This document shows, in pieces, positions 1-12,921 of a stretch of 64,000 nt of DNA. The DNA comes from Sphyrna mokarran (taxonomy: Eukaryota). The position numbers and the translations under genes are program-made. Within the stretch, counting starts at the first letter, position 1. Each line of letters starts with the position of its first letter. The stretch spans positions 149,048,001 to 149,112,000 of the forward strand of contig JAGIQG010000001.1 of NCBI GenBank assembly GCA_024679065.1. Reading direction: 5' to 3'. Under the pieces are notes generated by a model, which worked only from the letters and a program-made list of their open reading frames with translations, was not told where the DNA came from and did no database searches.

Positions 1-500
1 ATCTCACTTTCCCTGGTCTTAGCATTAGTTTCACTATTTTGTGAGATATGGTTAGGATGGAACGTTGCATGGCCAAAGTGGAAAAGTCAACATGATGAAG
101 TCAACAAAAGATTTACAAGGTTAGTATTAAAAGAAAATATGAATATTTTAGGACGCAGTCATTTACTGGTGTTTACAGTGCAAGACAGTGATAACCATTT
201 ACAGGAGTATATCAAAGTCCGAAACAGCCTGCTGATTAATCAATTATATTAAATATATATGTATATATATTAACAACTGAAGACTTCCTAGTTCTATAAT
301 ATTATAGAATAGATCTTTTGGAAAAGCAAAGTGTTCTTGTTAAGCAATGAAAAATCAGAAGCTACAAAGGCATACCCAGCCCAGTTGCTACAAAATGCTC
401 TTCACTAACATCTAAGGACTTGTGCCAAAATTAAGAGAGATAGATTGATTAATTAATTAATTAAGAGAGTCATAAATGTGTTAAGAAACAATGTGACAGA

Positions 501-566
501 GTCCCAGAACCATACCTTAGAGCCATAATGTCCCAGAACTATACCTTACAGCCATACTGTCCCAGA
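501..566. repeat. 29-bp tandem duplication (~2.3 copies) inside the old LINE
   Basis: gtcccagaaccataccttagagccataat / gtcccagaactataccttacagccatact / gtcccaga, starting at 501, 530 and 559. Confidence 0.85.
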
Positions 567-1198
567 TTCCTCCATCTCAGCCCCTGACCATGTTCTGTCC
601 TACCAGTAGGACAGACCCACAAGAGTTGGCAGTATAGTGATATACAGTCCTCAACATTGATTTAGGACCCCAGGAAATCTCATTGCATCAAATCAATATG
701 AGCAAGCAAACCTCCTGCTAGTTGCCACTTACTGCCCTCTCTCCGCTGATAAATCTTCCATTTTAAATACCAATTGGAAGAAGTGGATAGGGCTAGCAAT
801 TGCATAGAATGTACTCTGGGTAGAGGAGTTCAAGGTTCATTACCAAAAGTGACTCAGTAGCACCACTGCTGATCAAGCTGGCCATGTCATGAAGGACATT
901 GCTACCACACTGGGCCTGTGGAAGGTGGAGAGGGAACCAACTTGATGGAAAATCCTACTTGAACTCATCCCCACCAAATTATCTGTAGATGATGTATCTC
1001 TCCATGATAGTCTTGTTGAAGTTACCACCACACAGTTTTTATTGCAACAAAGCCCACCTTCACAGGAGAACATCCTCCATCATCTTATATGACATTTACG
1101 CTGTGCTAAATAGGTTCAGAATAGACCCAAATGAGGTGTTGTGACTAACAGCAGTGGCAAAGTTGTATTTCACTAAAATCTATTACCTCATAGCATGC

Positions 1199-1412
1199 CA
1201 TGTCCCCCCTGTTTGTGTGGCTTTTCTCTGAGTGCTCCGGTTTTCTGCTACAGTCAAAAGATTTGTGATTTAGGTTGACTGGCCATGTTAAATCGACCCT
1301 AGTGTCGGGATAATATATATGGGGTTGAATGAATGGGCCTGGGTGGGATTGTGATCGATACAGACTCGATGGGATGAATGGCCTCCTTCTGCACTGTTGC
1401 GATTCTATGATT
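1199..1412 (+). mobile_element. 5'-truncated HE1-like V-SINE with CR1-type tail
   Basis: V-domain-like gtgctccggttttctgctacagtcaaaagat, then tail gactcgatgggatgaatggcctccttctgcactg...ttctatgattc. Similar to copies at 25772 and 47804. Confidence 0.8.
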
Positions 1413-1436
1413 CTTTGCACAAAAGCTTTCATATTT

Positions 1437-1634
1437 TTGGAGTTCTCTACCCCAGAGAGGTTTAGTTATTGAAACAGAGATCAATAGATTTTTATACGCT
1501 AAGTGAATTAAGGGATACAGGCATAATGTAGGAAGATGGAATTGAAGTAAATGATTAGCCATTGTAGTGAATTGCAGAACAGGCTTGAAGGGCCAAGTGC
1601 CCTACATCTGTTTCCTATTTTTTGTGCACTTATG
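1437..1634 (+). mobile_element. CR1 LINE 3'-end fragment
   Basis: tggagttctctaccccagagagg (WxSLP) followed by a typical CR1 3' UTR: caggcttgaagggccaagtgccctacatctgtttcctatt. Confidence 0.6.
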
Positions 1635-2489
1635 TCAAGAAGCGCTCAAACATTCTGGTTACAGTAATGATGACTGACCTATCTGCAGTACTGAACACCT
1701 GTTCTCAAGAACCAGCCACACTCTAGCAACCTATCTGGCACAGTTGCAATACTGCTGGTATTTACTTGGCAGAGTGGTATATTGCCAAGGTATAGCCTAT
1801 CCAAAAAGAGGGAGGATAGGTCCAGCCCACATATGAACAACCCATTAGTCTCCTTTCAGTCTTCAGCTGAGTGGTGAAAGATGTCATTGATGATGCTTTC
1901 AAGCAGCATTACTCCAATAACCTGCTACTCCTAATTAGTTCAGTTCTATCAGGAACAGTCAGTTCCTGTCCTCATTACACCCTTAATCCAAACAGGTACA
2001 AAAGAACTGAAGGTTTTAATTAACTCAGGCAGCATTGTTAGTGCAGGCTTGGCGGGCCAAAGGGTCTTTTCTTTGTTCTGAATTCTAGAGGAAAAGTGAG
2101 ATTGACTGCAGTTGAGAACAGGATAGCATTAGTCAAGTGTGGCAATAGAAGCCCGCATGAAATTAAAATCATTGGAAATTAGGGAGCAAACTTTGTACGG
2201 TTGTGGTTGTTGGAGATTAGTAATCACAGGACATTGCTGCAGGAGTTCTTTGAGCAGTGTACTTGGTCCAGCCAACTTCAGCTGCTTCAACATTGACCTT
2301 ATATCCATCATAAGTTCAGAATGGAGATGCTTGCTGATCATCGCAATGTTTAGTTTCATTTCCAACTCTTCTGGTAATGAACCAGCCCATGCTTGCATGC
2401 AGCAAGACCTGGACAGCTTTCAACCTTGGGCTGGTAAGTAACATTCATGTCATGCAAAAGCTCGGCAATAACTGTCTCCAATAAAAAAG

Positions 2490-2700
2490 ACAAAATTAGA
2501 AAATGCTGAAAAAACTTAGCAAATCTGGCAGTATCTGTGGCAAGTGAAACAGACATTTTGAGTCTGTATGACTAAAACTGATTTTTGGACTGGAAACATT
2601 AATTCTATTTGTCTCTCCAAAGATGCTGCCAAATTTGCTGAGTTTTCCCAGAATTTTCTGTTTTATTTCCAGCATCCACAGCATTTTGCTTGTATTTTAG
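2490..2700. mobile_element. Palindromic (fold-back) Penelope-like terminal-repeat element inserted in the old LINE
   Basis: Inverted arms 2498-2540 and 2617-2659 match at 36/43 positions. The same arm sequence occurs singly at ~62850-62892. Host LINE sequence resumes at ~2717. Confidence 0.7.
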
Positions 2701-3752
2701 TGTCTAATAACACAAAATGTAACCATCTCCCATTGACATTCAATGACATTACTATTATTGAGTCCCCTACAATTGACATTCTTGTGGGGCCGTGGGTGAT
2801 TATTACTGAACAGAAATTGATTGGATCAGATAAATAATTACTGTAGCTAGAGAAGAACAGAAGCTGATATTTTGTGGTGTATAATTCATTTGCTGACTTC
2901 CCAAAGACTTTTCAATATCTATATAAAGAGAAATTCAGAGTGCAGTGAATACTTAACAACCTGCCTGGATGAGTGCAACTCCATCAAAAAGCAAAAGGGC
3001 AATACCACCAGGTATAAAGCAGTTCCTTTATTGACATATTATCCAGCATCTCGAACACGCCCACCTTTGGTGAACCCTAGCTGCAGCGTGTACCATTCAC
3101 ATGATACACTGCAGCAACTCACAAAGACTTCTTTGATAGCATTTCCCAACTTGCAATTCTATTATATAGAACAGGAAGAGTAAAAGGCAACATCATCATT
3201 TCCAAGTCACACACCCAGCTTTGATTTGGAAATATATTATTGTTCCTTTATTGTTGCTGCGCTAACGTCCTGAAACTGTCTCCCTAACAGCATCGTAGGG
3301 CTATCTTCATCATGTGGATTATAGCTGTTCAAGAAGGTGGTTAGGAATGGGCAATAATTACTGGTTTTGCTGATGATAAATAATTCTGTAAAATGTATTA
3401 TGCAAAATGCTTTGTACAAATTTGACAAATGCTGTGTAAAAACTGCTTATTTTAATTAGTGTGTACTATAATTTTGTGGGTTTCGGCATTGTGATTTTTA
3501 TGCTTCATAAATGGCACAGATGAAAATTATTTTGGAATAGGGCAGCTACAAGAGTAGTGACAGAAACAAGATGTTACTGATGCTATTGAAATGAAAATTG
3601 TTCATTGAAGGTAAGTTGTTATTTTTCAAAAAGAAAATAAGGAAATATTTAGAAATGAGAGAAGGTTTGATTGTTTTTTTAATGAAAAGTCACAATGCTA
3701 CATTTTTAAAAATGTTATTAGAGATTTTAAAAGCTTTATTTAAACGTTTTAG

Positions 3753-4103
3753 GTTCCATTGTGGCAGCCACCTTGGCCAATGATGCAGATTCTGGCACAA
3801 ATGGGGAAATCACATACATGGTAGAAGAGGATGATGAAGATGGGATGTTTTTCCTCAATTCTGTGACTGGTGTTTTCAATCTGACTCGAACCCTGGATTA
3901 TGAGAAGCAACCGTATTACATTCTGACTGTGCGGGCAGAAGATGGCGGTGGACAGTTCAGCACAGTGAGAGTTTACTTCAATGTGCTGGATGTGAATGAT
4001 AATCCTCCCATTTTCAACCCTTCAACTTACAGCACTTCAGTGATGGAAAATCTTCCTCTTGGAATGAGCATCCTAACTGTTAAAGCAACTGATGCAGATG
4101 ATG
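3753..4103 (+). CDS. FAT4: FAT4 internal coding exon (351 bp, phase 1 to phase 1), cadherin repeats
   Basis: Acceptor ttttag|gt at 3752/3753 and donor G|gtacgt at 4103/4104. Encodes (G)SIVAATLANDADSGTNGEITYMVEEDDEDGMFFLNSVTGVFNLTRTLDYE...RAEDGGGQFSTVRVYFNVLDVNDNPP...ATDADD, with LDYE, DxNDNxP and AxDxD cadherin motifs. Closely resembles vertebrate FAT4 as I recall it. Confidence 0.93.
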
Positions 4104-4569
4104 GTACGTATGATAGAAAAGTTACGGATAAATTACGGCTATACTAATGCCAATCAGTATTGCAATGGGTGCTTCATCTCTCAATGACATTCAGTCAATT
4201 TCTAGAGATTCACTTTCTTTTTCCTGTTGAAAATGACTGGAGTAACTGTACATTGAGAATAATGCTTCTATAGCAATTAGAACAAATTTCCATGAGGCTG
4301 AGGTTTGGCATTTGTAATTACTACCTACCCATTCACCCTAAGTTCCTTCAGAATTAATTTGAGTTATGATTTGCAATATAGCAAAGCATAAGAATGAATT
4401 AATAGATTTTTAAAAACTCTTTCAAATTGCACTTCTGTATTTTTTCAAAAGAAACCAGATCTGTTTACTTCTATCTCATAATTCACTCAGATTGGGTGGG
4501 GAGGTAGTTGGGTTGGGCCCTGAGTTGTTAGGGCATAATTAGATTGTGTTGTGGATAGTCAAGAGGGTG

Positions 4570-4690
4570 GGGTGATAATCAGAAATAGTCAGATTGAGTC
4601 AGAATGGGGTAGTCAGATCAGATTGGTAGTCAGATTGGATTGGGGGTAGTCAGATTGGAGGGGTGGGGGAGGAGCGTAGTTGGATATCAT
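4570..4690. repeat. Degenerate G-rich minisatellite (tagtcagattg units)
   Basis: Repeated agtcagat(t)g at ~4586, 4597, 4611, 4627 and 4647, interspersed with G-runs. Confidence 0.6.
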
Positions 4691-4698
4691 TAAGACGT

Positions 4699-4772
4699 TG
4701 GGACGGCGGCGCGGGCTCGTTGGGCCGAAGGGCCTGTTTCCCGTGCTGTGTTGTTCTTTGTTCTTCTTTGTT
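4699..4772 (+). mobile_element. Very short, young CR1-type 3' tail insertion
   Basis: ggcggcgcgggctcgttgggccgaagggcctgtttcccgtgctgtgttgttctttgttc retains its CpGs. It is nearly identical to the reverse complement of ~20595-20655. Confidence 0.75.
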
Positions 4773-7700
4773 GTTAACACCAAATTTCAAAGGGAACAGA
4801 ACATTATGTTATGTTGTTGGATATGGTCAAGGGTAGCTGAGTAAATAGGGAGTTCTTGGATTGGGTCAGGATGTAGTTGGAGACAGGGTGTGTGGTTATT
4901 GTGGGTTCAGTTGTGAAGATCCCTAGCTGTTAGAGAAAGCTTTATCTGTCTAACATTTCTTAGGTAACTGTTCATGTATGTAAATCAAAATGTCTATGTC
5001 ACAGATGTTTGCTGACTTGTGGAGGGACTGGGAGAATAGAGGAATTGACCATCAGAACTTCACAGGCAATCCCCTTGTTGGTCAGCATGTCAGGACTTCC
5101 ACAAAGTCCTGTCGCGCAATTACGTCATATATCTGGTCCCTGACATTCGAGGGACAAGATTTAAGTTAAATTTTGAACATCTTTTACATCCTATCCACTC
5201 TGAATGCACTAATATTTAGAGGATTAAAACTCCCTTCCAGTTCTCTGACAAATTTAGCTTGAGATCCTATTAATATTCAAACCAAATTATTCTCGATTGT
5301 TAATGCATCTCCAGTAACCTGGTTTCAGAGTTCATGTTTAACTCAACACCTGAATCTCTGCAAGGAAGGAACAAAGGTCTAAGCAAAATTACTGACATTG
5401 AGAGAGATCCAAGAGCAGCAGAAACAGTGTCAGTTACTGTTGTTCTTAGCATTCCTTGAGGAATGTTTGGTTTGACACAGATGTTGAAGGGCAGCTGGAA
5501 GAGCTCTCGTGTTTCTGGTTAAACATAAGGCGCCTGGCTTAAGCACTTGTTGTCGTAGCTGTGTTGTTGCTGCCATGATTGTACAAATGTAAACATTTGG
5601 TATGATTTTCCTATCTGTGAAAGAGCCACAAATGATGCAGATTAGATCAGTTGTAATAAATTGCACCATTATAGTAACAGATACATTATTAATGGGGTCA
5701 CCATACTATATTATCATTTGAAGCTTTGTCGAAGGCCTATCACTGGTAACATGATTACACATCACTTGATCTCACTGCATAGTTCAAATTGTTCCCAAAG
5801 TAACCAAATAAAAGTCTACAGCATTTTCTTCCTATTTAACTCCAACACATAAACACTTTCTTAAGTCCTGCAGTTTTGAGTTTGCCAATGAAAATATTGG
5901 CAGCTTGGGCCCCAAGTCAAAATAGTATTGTTGAAAAAGGAGTCCAAAGTCTATTTCTTTTCCTTGTTTTTGAAAATATCAGGGTGTGGAATCCTATGTC
6001 TGAATAATGGATTAAATTAAAAGTTTGTTCAAAGCAAAATAATAACCTACATAACTTAGTATTAACTGCATAATTTGAAGAAACTAATGTATTAAATTAC
6101 ATATTTTAATTGCTACAACAGCATATCTGCTAGCTTTTACTCATCCCAATCTCTGCCAATACATGCAGCTATTGTGTCATTAGTTCATATTGAGCTATTG
6201 TACTGGCTCTAAAAGCCCTTCTTGCATCTTAAGCATGCGTACACTCTAAATTGGTTCTGTTGTGATTTATGTGTGACAGTGGAAAGATAACAATCAGAAA
6301 GGTCACTGATGGGTTGCTATTTATTTGTGGATATTGGAACTCTAACTGGAAAAAGTTGGTTTGCACATTCAAATCTAATGACCCAGTTAGTCTAATTAGT
6401 CAGTGTTAAATGTAGCATTAGCCTTACGATAAGAAACAATGATCGATTGGCAAACAGCACAGTAACTCGCAAAGTACACATTTAAAAATAATTCCATGTT
6501 GACTTGCATCATTATAATGCTCATAAAATTGTTACATTCCATCTACATGGCCAGTTGTGAATGAAGATAACTCAGGGATGGATGCAATTTCAAAGTAAAG
6601 CTTAACCTCCTTATTGTGACTTAGAATCTTTATTTGATATTCATGTAATTGAGTGCCCAATGTGCCACTGGAGTAAGCCTTTGATTTTCCACATTCTTAT
6701 CTCTTGGCAACAACATACCACATTTGCACCATTGCCTAGAGCAATGCTAATACTGAGAACTAATACCATATTTATATTGCAATTTCTACTTGAAGTAGTT
6801 CCGCAATATACTTGAACTTGATTTGGTCTGAATTGATCTAATTTGACCACTGAAGAACTTGAACGTCAGCAGTTATAGGGAAATAGCTGTACATATGCAG
6901 CTGTTGATAAGCCACTGAAGATAATTTTGACTTCGTCAAGTGCCTCAAGACGTTTTGCTACATTAAAGTCACTTTATATCTGTTTGTGCAATATAAAATG
7001 TATAATGAGAGAACCTGCAGCCTATTTTGCATCTCATCTCTCTGATTGTTTTCAATTCTAGTGAAGTGAGAAGTAAAACAGGCTCACATTTAGCTATTAG
7101 CTATCAGACTTGAGGAGCTCATAGTAACTAGCTGCTGCAGAGGCATTTGTGTTTGCCATCAACGACATGGGAAAAAAAACACTGTAAGGGTGCATGTAAT
7201 TCCAAAGTCATTGACTGTTCTTGGTATGGCAGCACGGTTACTGGAAAGTTGAGCCATATAAAGTACAATATCAGGCTTATAGTTGGAGCTATGCCTTTCA
7301 AGTAAGGGTGAATCTTCATCGTCACTTCCTGGCCAATAATCTGGCAGAACGGATCACAATCCTTTGCTGAAGTCATTTGATTTTCATTCCACCATATTAT
7401 AGAATTCATTGAGCAGGTGATCTGCTCTACCAGGTTATCACGCATGTACCCCTGTAGAGTTTACATTTACCCTGCAGTGTGCTGGCACCTCCGGTGGATA
7501 TTTTACATTCACCTCTTGACATTAAGTATTGCATTTGATTGTTTTGATCGTCCGTGGTAATAGGTTAAAAACCAGGCCATCATTTCCATCAATTGACATT
7601 TTCACCTCAATTTTATTGTTTTAAATGGTTTCAAATTATGGGTTTAAGAGTGAAAAAAAATAGAAACATTTCACCCATCGGCACTTTAAAAAGATTGAAT

Positions 7701-7855
7701 GTTCTTTATAAAGCCATTATTGTCTGTAGAGATAGGAAGGAAAGCAGCTCTTCAATATGATATAGCAAAATAAAAAGTAAAGTCAAGAATCAGGTTTCAA
7801 CTAATAAAGGAACTGGTAAGTGTCTTTAATATTATTTTCTAAAAGACTGGAAGGA

Positions 7856-7989
7856 GGCCAGAATTTTCCGACTGTATACGCCAGTGGGGTTTTCCCATCC
7901 CGCTGCAGTGAATGGAGATCTGGCTTGTCTCCAAAATCCTCATCTTCATGCAATGGGAGCATGGCCTGAATGAACAAAAAATCATGCCC
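7856..7989. mobile_element. Short MITE-like non-autonomous DNA element
   Basis: Imperfect terminal inverted repeats ggccagaatttt ... aaaatcatgccc. Related copies at 8853-9021, ~12186-12360, ~20484-21576 (split by a LINE) and 27418-27519. Confidence 0.55.
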
Positions 7990-8119
7990 ATTAGATTTAT
8001 CTCAGTCGGGCACAGAAGTGCATTGGAATGATGAAAAGGGGAGTGAAAGAACTTGAAAATAGATGATCTGAAATAGAATACATGAAAAATCAGGCAGAAA
8101 AATAGGAAGACAAGTAACG

Positions 8120-8460
8120 TCTCAAATTCTAAAGTTTTTGTTCAGTCTATCAGACTGCAATCTGGCCCAGAGGAAAATGAAATACTGCTATTAAAGTTTG
8201 CATTGGTTTTGGAAGAAGGTAGAAGAGCAAAAGCAGATGTGGGAAAGAGAGATAAAACTAAAGTGGTGGGTGAGTCACTGACTTCAAAATTATGCTTGTG
8301 CAGAAGTTCTCAAAGTTTTCATCTAAATTGAATTTGGTCCCCACAATGCACAAGAAAACATGGTGAGCAGAGAACATAAGAAACAAGCTGGACTAAGTGC
8401 GTGTAAATTGCTGCTTCATGCTGGAAAAGTGGTCCCTGCTTAGCGGTGGTGAAGAGGCAA
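8120..8460 (-). mobile_element. Decayed Penelope-like element, GIY-YIG endonuclease region
   Basis: The reverse complement gives degenerate ...CSPC....GD/TK, matching the YCIRCSxCGLLYIGETK region. It also gives catttcatttTcctctgggccagattgcagtctgatagactgaac (~EQHLIFRLGxLQPxGLN), followed by a pyrimidine-rich tract. Highly diverged. Confidence 0.5.
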
Positions 8461-8852
8461 AGTAACTAACAAAAAGTAGACAAGAAAAAAAACCATGTTA
8501 GGCAGATTGTTGGGACAGAGTAATCTTTTCCAATATGAATATTTTAATGAAGATTCTGCCATTGTCTAGGCCATTTAAAATTTGCATTGAGCAACATGAT
8601 AGCAATAAGATTTTGTTTAAGCGTTTGTCGAACAACAGTTCCATTCCCATGGAAAATGGAGTGATAGTGAAATGGAGATCACTCCACATTGGTTAACAAG
8701 ATTTACTTACAACTAATTCATCCATGTAGTTAGCTTGCCCTGATTTACCACTGAATAAATATGTATTGATACATGTCGCATTGTGGAGGAAATTTGGCTG
8801 TAATTCAGATCACAACTAGGTAGAAAGCTCAATCTGTGTTCTAAGAAATGTC

Positions 8853-9021
8853 GGGCGGGACTTTTCTTATAAAACCCTGCCAGAAAGGTGATCAGCGATT
8901 GATCATTGTCAATGGGGTTTCACATTGAATGTACCCCTCGCTGCCATGCAAACCATGGCAGGATGTGCTCTCGGTGGGACTGGAAGATCCTGCTGACATG
9001 AATGACTAGAAAGTTCTGGCT
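8853..9021. mobile_element. MITE-like element
   Basis: Ends gggcgggacttt ... aaagttctggct. The internal gtcaatggggtttcacattgaa is shared with the ~12186-12360 copy. Confidence 0.5.
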
Positions 9022-11914
9022 GTTGTCTCTTTTTTGCCTTGTAAAATTGCCAACACCAGTAACTGTGACATGAATGACGACTTTTAAACTTAAATTAAAA
9101 TGCTTTTTAGTTTTTACTACTTTTTTAGGCATAATCATTAAAATAATAAACTCCTGAAAATCAGCAATGGCCAAAATTATGACAGGCTTACTGCAGAAAG
9201 TGGTTTTTCATCTTATCTGTCATTACGGTGTAACCCTGATTAACTTTCATACATACTAGCATTGAAGAGATGTCTCAGTTTAACTGGTACACAGTCAGTT
9301 TTCTGAAATATTTAGACAAATTCATACTTTGTGGTCAGATTTTGTCTGATTGACAAAAGGTTGAAAGGAGGTTTCTCTGATTGAAAACTGAGGTCTGAGT
9401 TTTAATGTGGCTGGTTGGTAGTTAATTTGTTAGAATAAGGGAATTTGATATCCAAAGTTATAAACTTGGGAATCCCTATAACTGGAGCATAGCACTCAGT
9501 ACCAAAGAGTCGGATGATGTAGTTTGAATTCTGACTGCACTTAGTTCCTATGTGGAATGAAAGTTGTGCTGTAATGGAGTGGAAAGATCAGGCTGTATGG
9601 TCAAGCTCTGTTAATACTTTGTGCCTCTCAATCACCAACCAAGAAAGGAAATGTTGAGGAAAAATCTTGGAACACCATTTCCCCCCACCCCTCTCTCAGC
9701 AGAGAAAGGCCTTAGAGTTCAAGGGACTAATGAATATAGATAGCTTACTTGAAAATTTACACCCATATGAAGTGCTTAAATCACCAGCTGTGTCACTTCC
9801 ACTGCAGCGCTGCCATTTTGACCTGTGTATCACAGAGATCCATCATGGCTTGCTACAGGAAAACAATTTAACTCTCGGAATTGAAAACTGTTGAATCTTC
9901 CAATATATTTAATAAATAATCTCCCTATCTCATCAACTAATGTAGCAAATTTTGTTTTTTGCCATGTGGTTGTGTGGTGCAAAAGTAAGTATCAAATTTT
10001 GCAATAAAACATTTTGGTGGCAGTCATGACCTTTAATAGCCCCAAGAACATGACCATTACTTCTGGTTACAAAATAAACAACTATAAATAATGTGCTGGA
10101 TCTCAGATTACACATGTGGTACAACTGCTGAAAAAACACATTTGACGCGACTGGACGAGTCCTATTGTCATTCAAGCCTGCGATTCAGATTTATAACCCC
10201 CTTGAGGAATCAGTTCTGGACTTTACAAGACTGCTGAGTAAAGAACTGTTTAACAGTATATATCAGAGTAGCGAAATTCATGCACAACCTGCTTGTTATT
10301 ATCATTGAATTGGCTTTGCTGAATCCCACTCAAGGAAGACATGTAATCTTCAAATGCAAAAGTGAGGTATCTAAAAGGAAATCCTAGTTGTAACCATTAA
10401 TATTTTAAATGGAGCTACACAAAAGAAGGAAGGCAGGGAAAGGTCAGCTAAACTTTGGAAGGTGATTTTATGCTATTTTACTAGTCGGCCAACTATTGAA
10501 GCAGAAAGCAAGAAAAACGATAACTGTGATTCTTCTGGAGATGCCTTATCTTTCCTGTCACAATGTGTTTGTGTGGCCCAAACCTGATCTCAGTTTGTTT
10601 ACTCCATATGAAGATTTTGATGTTGGCTTGACTTTTTTTCATTGCAGTGTTGGAGATTAAACCTAAGTGATACTTTAGCAGTGTGTATGTGAAGTAGACT
10701 GGGAAAGCAGATACCCAGAGAGGTTTGATCTGCCGCTGTTTAAATACCTGTTAGTTGTAATTTTTCCAGGTCTTTAGAAGGAATTTGATGTTGTACAGTA
10801 TTGGTGAGAGTATTAGTTATTCCTTAATCACTCAGGGCAGCTGCATAATGAAGCAAGTTCACTTACAGCATTTGAGTGAATGCTGATGGGTAATGCTTCT
10901 AAAGTGTTTCTTTTTTATTGTGGCTGCTGTTTAGTGGAAAGGGAAGAAGAAATAACATTTTCAATTCCAATCTGACTTTCGAAGAAAAGCTGATTGTAGC
11001 CTTTGGAATGCCAGCATTGATTTTCCAGACTTGTGGTATACATAGTGCACGCTGTAAGTCATGGAATGTGGTGCAGTCACTTGTTCTGTTAAAATGCTGC
11101 AATCTTTGCTTTTACAATAAATGTGGGTGACGGAGAATTTAAAACGATGACGTTGCAATATTTTAATTTAAGTACATACCTTAAAGTGTATAACTTGATA
11201 TATGTGTCTGTTGTGATCAGTTTAGCGTACACTCAATTCTGTTAGGTGTGTAAGTTTAGCCAAATTCTTGAGTTCAGACACGTTTTATAATAGCTCTAAA
11301 CATGGCATTACTAATTCTGCAATTCCATCAAGCACACAGTACAAGTGGCCAAATTAGAAATTACATGCTTTTTGCTTGCATTAAAAATCAAAACTGTTCT
11401 TCCACAATGTAGCTTCTATTCTGATATAATGAAGGAGAAGCAATGTTTTTTATTCCAATTAGGCACTAAGAAAAGGCTACAACTAACAGCTTGTTCATAT
11501 GTTAGAATGCATGCAACTGATACGGTGAGGGATGGCATGATATCATATCCCATGACAAAACCCAAGGATTTCTACTACTACGAGTACCATAATTTACTGC
11601 AGGTAATACAATTTTACATAAAATTACCTAGGAGCAGTGACCATTGTAATTTATAAGTGAATTTGAATAACCACAAACGATTTGCTGCAACAAATCACTC
11701 GTCCTACAGTTAATTTGTTATAGCCTAATATTGGTGGTGTAGTGTTATATCAGTGATCTAATAACTAAAGCCTTGATGTTTATGCTGAGTGATGTTGGCA
11801 CTTTGATGGATCCAAATCAAATTCCTTTGTCCATTAGAGTAGTGGACAAAAGGATTTGATACAGTCTCAGATAACACCACAGAGAATAATTTCTAGATTT
11901 ATATCTCATAATGT

Positions 11915-12105
11915 TACACAACATTAGCATAAGTAAAAATTCCAAGAAGTTCTGTGCATAAGTTTTTGGATAAAAATTAACACCAAGTCAAGGAATTGGT
12001 ATTACAATGGCTGACTGAAAGCTTAGGTCAAAGAGAGAGGTTTTAGAAATCTCTAATTGAAGGAAAGGAAGAAGTTTAGGGATGGAGTTCCAGAGTTTTG
12101 GAATT
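11915..12105 (-). mobile_element. L2-like LINE 3' remnant
   Basis: Reverse complement reads ccaaaactctggaactccatccctaaac (P.LWNSIP)...aaaacctctctctttgacctaagctttcag (KTxLF.xAF). Confidence 0.45.
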
Positions 12106-12668
12106 CAAGATCCATTACTGCAGATCAGCTGGCATGTTATTGCATTTATTTTTAGTTACAAATGTTAGTGTATTTGAACTTTCTGGGTAGGAACACCCTT
12201 CCCGTTCTCCATTTTATGTTTGATGGTGGCAAGGATCTTTTGGTTCTATTCCTGTCAGTGGGATTTCCCATTGAACGCACTCCATTACCGGGCAACCTGG
12301 GGATATCCATTGGCAGGACCAAATGATCGTGTTAGCAGGAACAGCTGGAAAGTTTCAGCTATAGCGGCAGTGTCTAATACATGAACTAATTACAAACAAG
12401 TTTTTATGTCGTTTCATGATCAGCTATGAATTATTTTTAAAAAGAATTCATCCTTAAAGTGACAGTGTCAAAATTTTTCTATGTAATTTCAGCATGGCCA
12501 ACCATTTAAACACAGTATGTATAAATCATTTCTCTCCCTATTAACTGTTTTAATGAAAAACATCCCAAACTTTTCATGCAATATTGTATTTTTGTAGTGA
12601 TACAGTTAATAAGTAGAGGTAAAGTATAAATACATTCACTGCAGATGTACCTTCTGCAGGGGCAAAAG

Positions 12669-12921
12669 GGGCAGTATGGTAGTGGTTAGCACAGCTGCCT
12701 CTTAGTGCCAGAACCCGGGTTCGATTCCCAGCTTGGGTCACTGTCTGTGTAGAGTTTACACGTTCTCCCTGTGTCTGTATGGGTTTCCTCCAGATGTGAA
12801 AAACATGCTGGTTAGATGCATTAAAGCAAACAGGCGCTGGATTGTGGCGACTAGAAGAATTTCATAGTAACTTCGTTGCAGTGTTAATATTAGTCTTATT
12901 TGTGACTAATAAATAAACTTT
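12669..12921 (+). mobile_element. tRNA-derived V-SINE with alternative (tcacag...tgtgac-aataaa) tail
   Basis: A box agtggttagc, B box ggttcgattcc, V-domain gtctgtgtagagtttacacgttctccctgtgtctg, tail gtaacttcgttgcagtgttaat...tgtgactaataaataaact. Confidence 0.85.

Larger units (their letters stand above)
395..3375 (+). mobile_element. Old, heavily decayed CR1-clade LINE (APE endonuclease + RT + 3' UTR), interrupted by younger insertions
   Basis: Degenerate motifs occur in the expected order: VLWVEEFKVH (~GDFN) at ~811-840 and EPT*WKILLELI (~PTRG.NLLDL) at ~934-970. An RT-like segment at ~2240-2345 reads GVL*.SVLGPANFSCFNIDL...LADH (~GVPQGSVLGP...FADD). QQDLDSFQPWA follows at ~2400 and a 3' tail ggaatgggcaataa at ~3344. 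Many stops and frameshifts. Confidence 0.75.

Noticed and set aside
12669-12740. tRNA gene-like A/B boxes here and at other SINE heads
   Set aside because: They continue into SINE body and tail and lack a complete cloverleaf, so they are SINE heads rather than tRNA genes.
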